This document shows, one piece after another, positions 18,271 to 28,789 of a stretch of DNA of 51,778 nt. Source of the stretch: a virus (taxonomy: Duplodnaviria > Caudoviricetes); the IMG/VR virus record IMGVR_UViG_3300043783_000043, positions 1 through 51,778 of that record. One strand, written 5' to 3'. A program made the translations under genes and the position numbers. The stretch's first letter is position 1; each line of letters opens with the position of its first letter. Below the pieces are notes generated by a model. The model saw nothing but the letters and a program-made list of their open reading frames with translations. It had not been told where the DNA came from and made no database searches.

Positions 18271-18590
18271 TACGTACGCTTCCGCTTTATATCTGGCTCC
18301 GGGGTACCATTGGCGGTCACGCACTGACCGTTGCGGATGAATCCATGCCAGCAATTTCGGCAATTGACAGAGGGATGCAATGTGGGGGCCTCACGATCGC
18401 CATTCCAGTCCCATTGCGCAGCACCGCCATTCTGGCCCCGCGGATCGCGCTTCAGACTCGTACGGCCTGCGATGATAATCGGACCGCAACGGCGATCAAA
18501 CAGCGGGCAGTTGAACTCCACGCACTGTTCGGCACCCGCCGCAGCCGGACCGTGGTCGAGCGTATGAAACGTCACTTTAGCGTCGCTCAC
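18270..18590 (-). CDS. Hypothetical protein (DUF6527-like)
   Basis: WDWNGDREAPTLHPSVNC...CWHGFIRNG. Confidence 0.7.
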   Translation of the reverse strand: MSDAKVTFHTLDHGPAAAGAEQCVEFNCPLFDRRCGPIIIAGRTSLKRDPRGQNGGAAQWDWNGDREAPTLHPSVNCRNCWHGFIRNGQCVTANGTPEPDIKRKRT

Positions 18591-18603
18591 GACCGCACCA
18601 TCC

Positions 18604-18632
18604 TTGACATAGCTAAATTCATTATGTATGGT
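18604..18632 (+). promoter_or_regulatory. Sigma70 promoter of the antisense HNH gene
   Basis: TTGACA-17 nt-TATGGT, then GGAGG SD. Confidence 0.65.
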
Positions 18633-18657
18633 CCAATCACGTTAATGGAGGCATATC

Positions 18658-19149
18658 GTGCGTGACAAAGAGAAGCAACGAGATACCGAACGTAAATGGA
18701 GAGCGAAAAACAACGAACGATTGAAGCAACGACGGCGTGAATTGTATGCTGCAAGTTCTGAGCGTCGAATGCGAATTGCGGCAGAAAACGCTGATTATCG
18801 TCGTCGAAATCGTGATGCCAAACTCGCGTACGACCGCAATCGTTACGAGACGCGACGCCCGGATGTAATGCTTTGGCATGCACGCAGGCGCGCTGCCAAA
18901 TTGAAAATACCGTGTACCATCGCCAAAAGTGACATAGTGATTCCGAATTTGTGCCCATATCTTGGCGTGCCTTTCGCAAAACGGGGTGATTATGTTCCGA
19001 CACTCGATCGCATACAACCGCATCTTGGTTACACGCCAGAAAATACACTCGTCGTAACAAAACGTGCAAACCGCATAAAAAACGATGCTACCTGGCAAGA
19101 ATTGCTTTTGATAGGAAACGCACTGCAAAAACTTCTCAACTGCGAGTAA
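18658..19149 (+). CDS. His-Me/HNH-type endonuclease, antisense within the tail module
   Basis: IPNLCPYLG...PTLDRIQPHLGYTPENTLVVTKRANRIKND. Confidence 0.8.
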   Translation: MRDKEKQRDTERKWRAKNNERLKQRRRELYAASSERRMRIAAENADYRRRNRDAKLAYDRNRYETRRPDVMLWHARRRAAKLKIPCTIAKSDIVIPNLCPYLGVPFAKRGDYVPTLDRIQPHLGYTPENTLVVTKRANRIKNDATWQELLLIGNALQKLLNCE

Positions 19150-19822
19150 GCCTAAGCCATTGCTGGCCTCTTGCCCAATTCTTCCACTTGGCGTTCGCGG
19201 CTTCGGCATCGACGATAATCGGATCGGTCGGCGAAAGTACGCGTCCGTACGAACCCATAACGCGCCGTCCGAGTAGCAATGCGATCTCGTGAAGGCCCTC
19301 CGGCGGTAGCGAGACGGCGTCTGTACCCGCTGCGTTCGTGAGTGCCGGAATGCGTCCGCCGTAGTCGATAAGCGCTTTCGCGGCGGCCCGTGGCGGTTGC
19401 CACGCCGTGATCAATACGGAACCGTCAACCTGGCGCTCCTGATGCCATCTCGTGACGATGCCAACTTGCGTCGTGCGCACCACATCCACCATTGGCGACA
19501 TGCGCGTTTCGCGATTTGTGTTGTTGTTCAGGTCGTTCATCCAAATTGATTTGACCGCAACCGCGTCCACTTGAACCAAATAAGACGCGTTCGCAGTGCC
19601 GATCGAAAAGCTGTAAATGTTGCCCGTCACACCGGGTGGCAACGTCACAACCGTACGGGCTTGGAGGTACATCGTGGCGCCGTCCATGTGTTCGGCGCGG
19701 AGAAGGTCATTCAAAATCGGAACGTTGTTCGCGAGGTCGGCCGCCGTTGGCTGCTCTGTTTGGTCGATGATGCCGAACAGCCGCAGGGCTTGCGTGATGA
19801 CGTAGGCTGCATTCTGCGTCAT
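19136..19822 (-). CDS. Head-to-tail adaptor (P22 gp4-like)
   Basis: ITQALRLFGI...PTAAD...LNDLL; LPPE...LALLL. Confidence 0.75.
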   Translation of the reverse strand: MTQNAAYVITQALRLFGIIDQTEQPTAADLANNVPILNDLLRAEHMDGATMYLQARTVVTLPPGVTGNIYSFSIGTANASYLVQVDAVAVKSIWMNDLNNNTNRETRMSPMVDVVRTTQVGIVTRWHQERQVDGSVLITAWQPPRAAAKALIDYGGRIPALTNAAGTDAVSLPPEGLHEIALLLGRRVMGSYGRVLSPTDPIIVDAEAANAKWKNWARGQQWLRLTRS

Positions 19823-19826
19823 TTCG

Positions 19827-20450
19827 TCACACTCCTACGCGTGCGGCCCAAGGCGGTGTCAAAAGCGGGTCTGTCACGTCTTTGTCCGTGGTGTTGACGT
19901 TGGCAAGCTCCGTCGAGGCGACCGGCGGCGTAACCGTCCGTATGGAAGCGGACGGAATGAACGTTCCATCGTAATCGGAAGGCACGATGGTTTGCAACTC
20001 AACAACCACGGACGGCACTGGTTGCGCGAGCGCCTGAATGCCGGTAAATGAGGCCGTTTTGCCCACCTGCTTGTAGTAGGGCGGAGCCTGCAAGAGCGCT
20101 GCTAGCCGGGTCGCATCGTCCGGCGCTGGAGTCGGTGCGTTGGCGAACGTGCTCGGGGCTCCCGACGATGGACCGGCGCCCCAGATATCGTCTAGATTCC
20201 AACGTGCGGGTAGCGGTTCGGGCGGCGGATCGAGGGAACGATCGGGCGCAACTTGGAAATCGTAGACCGGCGGCCACGGGTCCCAGCACGGCCGCACAGC
20301 GCGTCCTGACGCCTTCGTACAGACAAGCAGGCCGGTAAGTTTCTCACGCGCGAGCGTGATGTATGGAACTCGCGTTCCGCAGCGCGAGCACGCGCCCCAG
20401 AAACGATAAGGGGAAAGCTTCGGCTTGACAGTGTGGACGGGCTGGCCCAT
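19827..20450 (-). CDS. Virion-module protein with N-terminal Zn knuckle
   Basis: CSRCG...TGLLVC...CWDP; directly downstream of the capsid gene. Confidence 0.65.
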   Translation of the reverse strand: MGQPVHTVKPKLSPYRFWGACSRCGTRVPYITLAREKLTGLLVCTKASGRAVRPCWDPWPPVYDFQVAPDRSLDPPPEPLPARWNLDDIWGAGPSSGAPSTFANAPTPAPDDATRLAALLQAPPYYKQVGKTASFTGIQALAQPVPSVVVELQTIVPSDYDGTFIPSASIRTVTPPVASTELANVNTTDKDVTDPLLTPPWAARVGV

Positions 20451-20469
20451 GCGCGACCTTCAAAGGAAG

Positions 20470-20500
20470 GGCGTCCCCGGCGGAGGAAATCGGGGACGCC
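20470..20500 (-). terminator. Hairpin after the capsid gene
   Basis: GGCGTCCCCG / CGGGGACGCC 10-bp stem, weak U tract. Confidence 0.45.
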
Positions 20501-20522
20501 TCGCTCACCCGCCCCGAAAAAG

Positions 20523-21455
20523 TTACTGGTTGTCGGCGCCGGGACTGACGAAGACTGTGCGCCAGTCAATGACGGATGCTGCGCATCGGAACCAAAGAGC
20601 AATCAACGAAGCCTGATTCGACCAATTGCTATCTTCGCGGATTTCTAGTTCCGAGCGCTCCCAGAATGTAAAACCCTGGCCGTTGTCCTTGTCCTGTTCG
20701 GAAGACTGAATGAAATAATTGTCCTTGTCCACGAGGTACGGCGTTTCGATCACCTCCGGCAGCGCATTCGTGGCACGGAGAACGTTGATGTTGTTCGTCT
20801 GCGCGTTCCACTGCAATGGCGATCCGAGAATACGTCGCGTCTCCGGGCCGCTTTCCGGCGATAGGATGACACGCCGCGGCAGTACGTTGATGACAAAGCC
20901 GCGGCCGTTGCGCGTGTATGAAATCTGAATGATCGCGTTTTCGAACGCCAATTCCGACACATTGGCGGCAATCAGCAAATTCGACTGCGCCCCGACGGCG
21001 GTTGGGTGCGCAGCGGAGCCCAAGGGCACGCCATCGGCCCGCACGCCATTGACAGCATCCACGGAGACCTGCAGCGGCGCGTGGGCGATGTATTCCTCCG
21101 TTTGACGCGCCGAGAAGGCGAGTTCCTTCATCATGCGGGCGCCAACGTCCTCGTAGAGATTGTCGTCTTTCGCTTCGCGGGAGATCGCAACGGCCAACCC
21201 ATACGAAGCATGGGTGACTTGCGTACGGTAGCCCTCGTTTGGCACGTCGAACTGTACGGGCTCTAGTTCCGGTTGCTGGACCGCAAGGCCCAAGCCGGCA
21301 CGCTCCGTCATGAATTCTTCGAAGGCTTTTTCCGAGGGTTTGGAATCGAAGAATTGCGGGTAGATCGGCATAAGTCGTTCGTAGTCCATGCCGAACAAGG
21401 CGTATAAGCCCGGCCAGTATTGCGAAGCTTGTAAACTGCGATCAATGACTTGCAC
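20523..21455 (-). CDS. Major capsid protein (310 aa from GTG21455)
   Basis: PGLYALFGMDY, SEKAFEE, ISREAKDDNLY, ADGVPL...HP; GGAGA SD. Confidence 0.85.
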   Translation of the reverse strand: MQVIDRSLQASQYWPGLYALFGMDYERLMPIYPQFFDSKPSEKAFEEFMTERAGLGLAVQQPELEPVQFDVPNEGYRTQVTHASYGLAVAISREAKDDNLYEDVGARMMKELAFSARQTEEYIAHAPLQVSVDAVNGVRADGVPLGSAAHPTAVGAQSNLLIAANVSELAFENAIIQISYTRNGRGFVINVLPRRVILSPESGPETRRILGSPLQWNAQTNNINVLRATNALPEVIETPYLVDKDNYFIQSSEQDKDNGQGFTFWERSELEIREDSNWSNQASLIALWFRCAASVIDWRTVFVSPGADNQ

Positions 21456-21553
21456 GGTTGCGTTCTCCCCGTAGGTGGCCCATTGGCTGCGAATCACTTA
21501 TGCGGATAGACTACCCGATTCAAAAGACAATACACAGTCTCTAAGAATGCTTG

Positions 21554-21583
21554 TTGACACCCTCTAAAGACCGGATGTATGAC
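21554..21583 (+). promoter_or_regulatory. Promoter for the portal operon, probably leaderless
   Basis: TTGACA-18 nt-TATGAC, 5 nt before ATG21589; no SD. Confidence 0.5.
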
Positions 21584-21588
21584 ACGCC

Positions 21589-23538
21589 ATGCGCGATCTT
21601 CCGACAATTAAGTTTGATGTTGGCAAGCCCGAAAAATTTGGGAATTTGGCTGAAAAACTTGACAAAGCCGAGCGCCAATTGATCGCCGAGGAGCTGATAT
21701 CGCTAGTCGGTATCGACGAACAGTCAATGTCCGATTGGCTTGCGAAGGCCGAAGGCTACTTGAACGCAGTGACCGCGGAAGGTAACGATGCCATGCCGCA
21801 GAACCGGGAGCAAGAGGGCACAAACGAGCAAGGGGCGCCCGCAACCGAAATGACGCTTACGGCCGTTATTCAGTTCTCGGCCCGTGCCACAGACGCGCTT
21901 CTCGGGGAACCTGATCTTGCAAAAGCGAGCGAACCCGGTGGCGAAGCCGTGGCAGCTTGGGTGTCCAGTCAACTCCGTACAGAAGACCCGAATTGGATTA
22001 CGGACACCGACCCGCTAATCGTTCACATGTCGGTAACCGGGCTCGCGTGGCGCAAACGTACGGTTAGTCGCGAGGAAAAATCTTTTCATACCTCATTCCG
22101 TACGTGTAAAGATGTCATTTTGAACGTCAAGCATCTTCGTCACATCGAACGCGCACCGCGGATTACGGACCAGTTTACGCGCTATCCGTACGAGATTAGG
22201 CGGTCGATCGAACGCAAACACTGGATTGACTACGAACCCGACTTTGACGAAGCGGACCCGCAAGCGCCGAAGAATTTTTATGAATGTGACGCGTGGCTCG
22301 ACCTCGATGGGGATGAAATCGACGAACCGTGGACGATTGTAATCGCACGAGACGACAAACCCGAGGTCGTCAAGATCGAGCCGCGATGGACAGCGAAGAC
22401 CGTCACGAACACGCCAGACACGCTTTATTTTAATCCGGTCGTCCGATTCTATCCGTACAAGTTCCTGCCCGACCCGGAAGGCGACTTCATGCCAATGGGC
22501 TTCGGCAAATTGCTTGCACGCATTGAAAACTCTGCAGACCGTCTGCTTGCGTCAATCAGCGACACAGCAAAGACAGAAAGCGAGAACGGCGGCTTGATGG
22601 GCGGCAGCGGTACCGGGCTGCCTGATAAAGTTGAAATCAAGAATAACCGCATTACCACCATTCCCACGGATGGCATGCCGCTTGAAAAAATCCTGTCAAT
22701 GTTTCCGTCGAAAACGGTGTCCGCCGGTTCCGTGCAGGTACTAGACAAAATCATGACACTAGGTGACCGGCTTGCCGGTACGCTGAACTTGCTGGAAAAC
22801 GCGCCTGCATCGATGACGGCCACCATGGCGCGTGGCGTGCTCGACAATGGCGCGCAAGTTCAGTCAGCCGTGCACCGCCGGCTAGTGGCCTCCATGACGC
22901 AAGAATTTCGCCAGTTCGTAAATATGGCGAAGGCATACGACATGCTGCCGGATGCACTCCGCAGCGCTAATTCAAATGGTGTTGCTGTGACGGCCGATCC
23001 ACAACTTGCAACCGAAATGCACCGCAGCGCGCTTCTCGGTTTTCACATGGAAATTGTGAAGGAATTTGGGCCGCTCGGCGCTGTAGATGTGCGGGCCGTG
23101 TTAGCAGAAATCTACCGACTCGCACGCGTACCCAACGGCCAGCAGTTCGTACTGCCGCCGCAACCGCCGCAAGCCACGCCTAAGGAAAAGCTGCAGGGTG
23201 CCGTTGCGCTGATGAAGCATCAGACTGAAAAGATCAAGGTGACCGGCGCCGTAGCCGTACAGCTGACGCAGGCACTCAAGAATCTTGTGGACGCAGGCGG
23301 CGGCATGATCAACACGCAGATGGCCACGTTACAGATGGCGCAGCTAGAGCACGCCGTGAATGACATGATCGGGGAGGCGACAAGTGCGGGACGTGCCTTT
23401 GACGGAATGGATCAACAGTCCCCAAACCAAGGCCCTGCGGGACTACCTGCACCACCGGGCACGACCGATAGTAGCGGCATTCCTGGCGGGGGAGCCGGTG
23501 AACCCGGTAACCCAGGGCCGGGCGGCGGCCTTCAATGA
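21589..23538 (+). CDS. Portal protein
   Basis: LTAVIQFSARA, WLDLDGDEIDEPWTI, YKFLPDPEG...MGFG, SAVHRRL. Confidence 0.85.
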   Translation: MRDLPTIKFDVGKPEKFGNLAEKLDKAERQLIAEELISLVGIDEQSMSDWLAKAEGYLNAVTAEGNDAMPQNREQEGTNEQGAPATEMTLTAVIQFSARATDALLGEPDLAKASEPGGEAVAAWVSSQLRTEDPNWITDTDPLIVHMSVTGLAWRKRTVSREEKSFHTSFRTCKDVILNVKHLRHIERAPRITDQFTRYPYEIRRSIERKHWIDYEPDFDEADPQAPKNFYECDAWLDLDGDEIDEPWTIVIARDDKPEVVKIEPRWTAKTVTNTPDTLYFNPVVRFYPYKFLPDPEGDFMPMGFGKLLARIENSADRLLASISDTAKTESENGGLMGGSGTGLPDKVEIKNNRITTIPTDGMPLEKILSMFPSKTVSAGSVQVLDKIMTLGDRLAGTLNLLENAPASMTATMARGVLDNGAQVQSAVHRRLVASMTQEFRQFVNMAKAYDMLPDALRSANSNGVAVTADPQLATEMHRSALLGFHMEIVKEFGPLGAVDVRAVLAEIYRLARVPNGQQFVLPPQPPQATPKEKLQGAVALMKHQTEKIKVTGAVAVQLTQALKNLVDAGGGMINTQMATLQMAQLEHAVNDMIGEATSAGRAFDGMDQQSPNQGPAGLPAPPGTTDSSGIPGGGAGEPGNPGPGGGLQ

Positions 23539-23620
23539 AATTGCCATGCTTCTGAGGCAGTCCCCTGAGAAGCTGCGAGAAATCCTTAAAGGGACACCCG
23601 AACAATCGGAGACACTATGA
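23384..23620 (+). CDS. Small protein overlapping the portal 3' end (78 aa)
   Basis: GGGGAGG SD before GTG; EWINSPQTK; ATGA-coupled to groES. Confidence 0.65.
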   Translation: MRDVPLTEWINSPQTKALRDYLHHRARPIVAAFLAGEPVNPVTQGRAAAFNEIAMLLRQSPEKLREILKGTPEQSETL

Positions 23621-24072
23621 GCAACGTAGGCGTTCATTCGTTCCAGATTCCGCACGAGCATGTACAGCCGACCCGCGACATGGTTATTGTACGTATTCCC
23701 CTCCCGCCGTCCAAAATCGGCAGCATCCTGACGCCCGACATTACGCGCGACATAATGCAGCATAACGTCATGGCTGGGCGCATAATCGCCATGGGGCCGC
23801 TCGCATTCCAGTACCGGAAAGGCGAAGACGGCTTTGCATGCCACGGCGCTAATATCGGCGATTGGGTTCTGTTTCGGCCGTTCGCCGGTACGATGATCCA
23901 AGGCGGTCAGCTCATGGCCACCAACGGCTACCGCTACGTTTCCAGCTTTAATGACGTGATCGGCATCATTTTCGCCGAAGATTGGAACCCCACATGCGAG
24001 TGGGAATACAAAAGTGACGAAGCTACATCACCGGCGTTTGAGTTCCACAACACCAAAGAAAAGGTGGCGTAA
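23617..24072 (+). CDS. groES: GroES-like co-chaperonin
   Basis: PTRDMVIVR, GSILTPD, GRIIAMGP, GDWVLF, NDVIGII. Confidence 0.8.
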   Translation: MSNVGVHSFQIPHEHVQPTRDMVIVRIPLPPSKIGSILTPDITRDIMQHNVMAGRIIAMGPLAFQYRKGEDGFACHGANIGDWVLFRPFAGTMIQGGQLMATNGYRYVSSFNDVIGIIFAEDWNPTCEWEYKSDEATSPAFEFHNTKEKVA

Positions 24073-24074
24073 CC

Positions 24075-24743
24075 ATGGACCTGAACGTGATGCTGCGGCA
24101 GACGGCCCGCAGCGGCCTGGAGGCCAAACTTACCCAAGCCGTCGTGGATGGCGACCAAGAAGCCGCAAAGAAGATCGCAAAGGAAATGAGCGATCTTGAA
24201 TTGCAGACGGCACCCAAAGCGCCCCCGTATGGGGATGCTGAAATTCGTGCAGAATTGAACAAGCTTCCTTGGTTCGGTATCGATCCACGCAAATCCGCCA
24301 AAGCAATGCAGTACGGCAAAGACCTGGACCCGCGAAAGTTCTCTACCGCGGAAGCCTTTGCTAAGGCGGTCGCCGAAGCCGTGGAGCAAGATTTCAAGCC
24401 TGCATCTGAGACACCCCCGGAGGATGACGAAGAAGAAGACGAGGACGAAAAGGAAGAAGAGGAAGAAGACGAGGACGAAGGGGAAAACAAAAGCAAACCC
24501 GGCAAGCCCCGTAAGCGTACGGACGGACCCGGCGAAAACGATGCCGATGGCTCGCGTCCTCGCCGTGCTTCCGGTCCTTGGAAGAAAATGAGCGACGCAC
24601 CGCCAGCTATCCAAGCAGAAACCCGGCGCACTATGACCAAGCTTCTAGGCGCACGGACGACAGAGGACCAACGGAAGGCTTTCGAAACTCGTGCGCTAGA
24701 AAGCCACTATGCTGCACAGCAGCGCGGCAAGCAGAGGAAATGA
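24075..24743 (+). CDS. Scaffolding-like protein with acidic tract
   Basis: AVVDGD, PWFGID, D/E-rich linker; position after groES. Confidence 0.65.
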   Translation: MDLNVMLRQTARSGLEAKLTQAVVDGDQEAAKKIAKEMSDLELQTAPKAPPYGDAEIRAELNKLPWFGIDPRKSAKAMQYGKDLDPRKFSTAEAFAKAVAEAVEQDFKPASETPPEDDEEEDEDEKEEEEEDEDEGENKSKPGKPRKRTDGPGENDADGSRPRRASGPWKKMSDAPPAIQAETRRTMTKLLGARTTEDQRKAFETRALESHYAAQQRGKQRK

Positions 24744-24745
24744 CC

Positions 24746-25288
24746 ATGGATTCGCCTTTTCAAAGTGTCGGGCTCGCACCGAACTTGATGCCAAATCCGC
24801 CGCCCCTCATGCCGGAGGCGCCTGGCATCCCCGACGCGGCTGCCGCCCTATCGCCATTCTCAGAACCACAGGACGTTGAGAGCATCATAAAACAGCTCGT
24901 GCTTGACCGTCCGCTAAAGCTGTTCATTCCCAATCGTGAAAAATATCCAGAATGGGAATTCCGGATCATCAACAGCATTCCGGCGGAAATCGTAGACGCG
25001 AACAACAAGGGCTGGCGACAGGTCTCCGATGAAAAGTTGGTGGCGCTGTTCGATGGCCTCCACGCCGGAGTGGACAAAACGGGGAAGGCATTCCGCCCGC
25101 TTCTGTTCGCCCGCAGCAAGAAAATCGGCGACCATGTCACCCGGCAGAACCGTGCAAAGCTAAGCAGCATCTATGCCGGCATGGACCCTAGCAACAAGGA
25201 ACTCGACGGTAAGTACACAAGCCGGGTAGACAAGAAAGACGGTACCTTCGGCAACTTCACTGGTTGGGGCTTCCGCATCCGCGTCTAG
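24746..25288 (+). CDS. Head-module hypothetical protein (180 aa)
   Basis: EWEFRIIN...KGWRQV...LLFAR; GAGGA SD. Confidence 0.65.
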   Translation: MDSPFQSVGLAPNLMPNPPPLMPEAPGIPDAAAALSPFSEPQDVESIIKQLVLDRPLKLFIPNREKYPEWEFRIINSIPAEIVDANNKGWRQVSDEKLVALFDGLHAGVDKTGKAFRPLLFARSKKIGDHVTRQNRAKLSSIYAGMDPSNKELDGKYTSRVDKKDGTFGNFTGWGFRIRV

Positions 25289-25319
25289 CATTGCATGACT
25301 GATTCGAGGAACGACCATC

Positions 25320-25496
25320 ATGGCAAAGAAACCAAGCAAGCCCGCCAAAAAGGCCGCTAAGACGATGACGGCGGATGATCACCGCAAACTTTCCGAAATG
25401 CACCACGCAAAAGGAAGCCTCCATAGTGCCAAGGCACAGCTTTTGGAGGTGCAAAACCCGGCGCAGAAAAAGGGGCCGCGCGGTAGCGTCTTCTGA
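25320..25496 (+). CDS. Small basic protein (58 aa, MAKKPSKPAKKAAK...)
   Basis: Not in ORF track; GAGGA SD. Confidence 0.6.
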   Translation: MAKKPSKPAKKAAKTMTADDHRKLSEMHHAKGSLHSAKAQLLEVQNPAQKKGPRGSVF

Positions 25497-25536
25497 GGTA
25501 TGCTGGCAACCAACTGATTCGCGGGGACTGCGGACT

Positions 25537-25785
25537 GTGAAAAGACTGGCAATTGTACTGGCACTGGCGCTGCTGTGTACAAGCGTACCAGCGCAACAGA
25601 GCCAATTGCCAACCGGGCCTGGCGGTATTCCCGACCCGAATCAAAGCCAGTTCCCGCAGGAAGGCGCACAAATATCGCCAATCGGCAGCCCCCTTAATCC
25701 GGGAGGCGGCGGTGGTGGTGGCGGTTGCATGGGCGTCATCGATTTCTCAACCGGCTGCACAATGCCGATGTTTGGGGGGCTCTAG
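25537..25785 (+). CDS. Small signal-peptide protein (82 aa)
   Basis: MKRLAIVLALALLCTSVPA|QQ; Gly run and Cys pair. Confidence 0.7.
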   Translation: MKRLAIVLALALLCTSVPAQQSQLPTGPGGIPDPNQSQFPQEGAQISPIGSPLNPGGGGGGGGCMGVIDFSTGCTMPMFGGL

Positions 25786-25786
25786 C

Positions 25787-26500
25787 ATGAAACGATTGGC
25801 ACGTGGCCTGTTCGACGCGATCGGCGCGGCGCTCTATAAGGTCTTTATCGCGACTCTGACGGTTGCCTTCATCGGTGGCGGCATCGCAGCGCTTGCGAAC
25901 TACACGGCAACGCAAGGAGCTGGAACAACCTTCGGCTCGATTGTTGTCTCGACTGTCCATTACGCGCAGATGCTTCTATGCGATCCAAACACGCCCGCCA
26001 ATTGCGGCACAATACAGCTCGCAAACTCGCATGGGGCAGTAGATACTGTCATTAACGACGTTTCCGGCAATCGCCTGAACGGCCTGACGACCGGCACCTT
26101 CGGAACGCCTTCGACGCAGGTTGTTTCCGTCATCACAGCGCCATCGTCCTCGGCAGTCGTTGGGATCACCCCTATTGTTGGCGGTTCGGCGGTATCGAGC
26201 CTCGTGCTAAAGGCCAGTCCTGGAAATCTCTACGGGATTTATGCCGAATGCACTTCCGCCTGTTGGCTCATGGTCTTCAATTCGACAACGGCACCATCGA
26301 ACGGCTCGACCACGGCCGGTGTTGCGTCGGGAAATCTTGTTGAATGCATCCCAATCGTTGCAAATGGCTCGGGGTCCATCACTTACGCACCGGGGCCGCC
26401 GGCAATCTACTCGGTGGGGATGACCGCAGCTATTTCCTCGACGACGTGCGCGACGCTGACGCTATCAACTGTCGGGTTCATTCATGGGTTGGTGATGTGA
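25787..26500 (+). CDS. Signal-peptide Thr/Ser-rich beta protein (237 aa)
   Basis: Hydrophobic N-terminus ending ALA|NY; LKASPGNLYG. Confidence 0.7.
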   Translation: MKRLARGLFDAIGAALYKVFIATLTVAFIGGGIAALANYTATQGAGTTFGSIVVSTVHYAQMLLCDPNTPANCGTIQLANSHGAVDTVINDVSGNRLNGLTTGTFGTPSTQVVSVITAPSSSAVVGITPIVGGSAVSSLVLKASPGNLYGIYAECTSACWLMVFNSTTAPSNGSTTAGVASGNLVECIPIVANGSGSITYAPGPPAIYSVGMTAAISSTTCATLTLSTVGFIHGLVM

Positions 26501-27225
26501 TGAGACATGCGCTCGCTTTACTAGTTGCGATTTTCTTGCTGACTCCTGCGGAAGCGCAGCAAGTTACAGTTACAGCGCCGACGATTGTGGTTTCATCGCA
26601 GATATTTGCGAGTAGCGGCACATACACGCCGCACGCCAATCTGCTCTACGTTCAAGCCATATGCATTGGCCCCGGTGGCGGTGGGGGTGGCGCTGCTGCA
26701 TCCGCAACGGGCACCTCCAGCGGTGGCGGTGGAGGTTCGGGCGGCTGGGCGCAAGTTACGTTATCGGCTGCGACGATTGGGGCAAGTCAGACTGTCACGG
26801 TCGGCACAGCCGGGGCTGGCGCCGCTGCAGGAAATAATACAGGCGGCAGCGGTTCCGGTGCAACATCATTGGGGACTCTGTGTGTTGCCAATCCCGGTGC
26901 TGGCGGTGCTGGCGCGGCAACGCAAAGTGGCGCTCAGGGCGGCACGGGCGGCGCCGGTGCAGGCCAAGTCGGCGATCAAACGATTGCAGGCAATGCAGGG
27001 GGTCCTGGCTTGGGGGCTGTAATCGGCACAGTATCTCTAGCGTCGGGTTATGGAGCAGGCGGAACGCCTGCAGTGACAGCAACCGCCTCTGCTGTGACGG
27101 GACAAAATGCAGTCAATCCAGGGTATGGCGGATCGGGAGGACTGTCGAATGGAAGTGCGAGCACCGCCGCCGGCGGCTCCGGTGCGAACGGGCTTGTTCA
27201 AATAACCGAATTCAGCTCTCACTGA
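26500..27225 (+). CDS. Signal-peptide glycine-rich fibre-like protein (241 aa)
   Basis: MRHALALLVAIFLLTPAEA|QQ; SGTYTP...GPGGGGGG...GANGLVQITEF. Confidence 0.75.
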   Translation: MRHALALLVAIFLLTPAEAQQVTVTAPTIVVSSQIFASSGTYTPHANLLYVQAICIGPGGGGGGAAASATGTSSGGGGGSGGWAQVTLSAATIGASQTVTVGTAGAGAAAGNNTGGSGSGATSLGTLCVANPGAGGAGAATQSGAQGGTGGAGAGQVGDQTIAGNAGGPGLGAVIGTVSLASGYGAGGTPAVTATASAVTGQNAVNPGYGGSGGLSNGSASTAAGGSGANGLVQITEFSSH

Positions 27226-27236
27226 GAGATTGTGTC

Positions 27237-27436
27237 ATGTTCAGCAATAGCCTAAGGGTTGCGGCGATCCTGCTGCTTGCTGGCGCCGCTGCGGCGCTGG
27301 CACAAGTCAGCGTAATTCCCATTTTGGTTGCGCCAACAACGGGTCCGTCTGGCAAGGTGCTTGTAGTCGCTGGCGGTGCAAATCATCTTCTCCTTGTAAA
27401 CAACACTAACCACGTTTGTCGGGCCGGAGGATGCTG

Positions 27437-27437
<1 letters not shown>
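27237..27437 (+). CDS. Small signal-peptide protein (66 aa)
   Basis: ...LLAGAAAALA|QV; C-terminal CRAGGC. Confidence 0.65.
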
Positions 27438-28777
<1,340 letters not shown>

Positions 28778-28789
28778 TCGGATCAGCTC

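Noticed and set aside
18587-19209. Minus-strand ORFs 18587..19069 and 18637..19209
   Set aside because: Shadows of the plus-strand endonuclease, which has motifs, a promoter and an SD.
23617-24072. Phage GroES as a novelty
   Set aside because: GroES-like genes next to portal and scaffold genes are common in environmental phages.
24420-24485. GAR/GAY purine-rich repeat
   Set aside because: Explained by the acidic linker of the scaffold-like protein.
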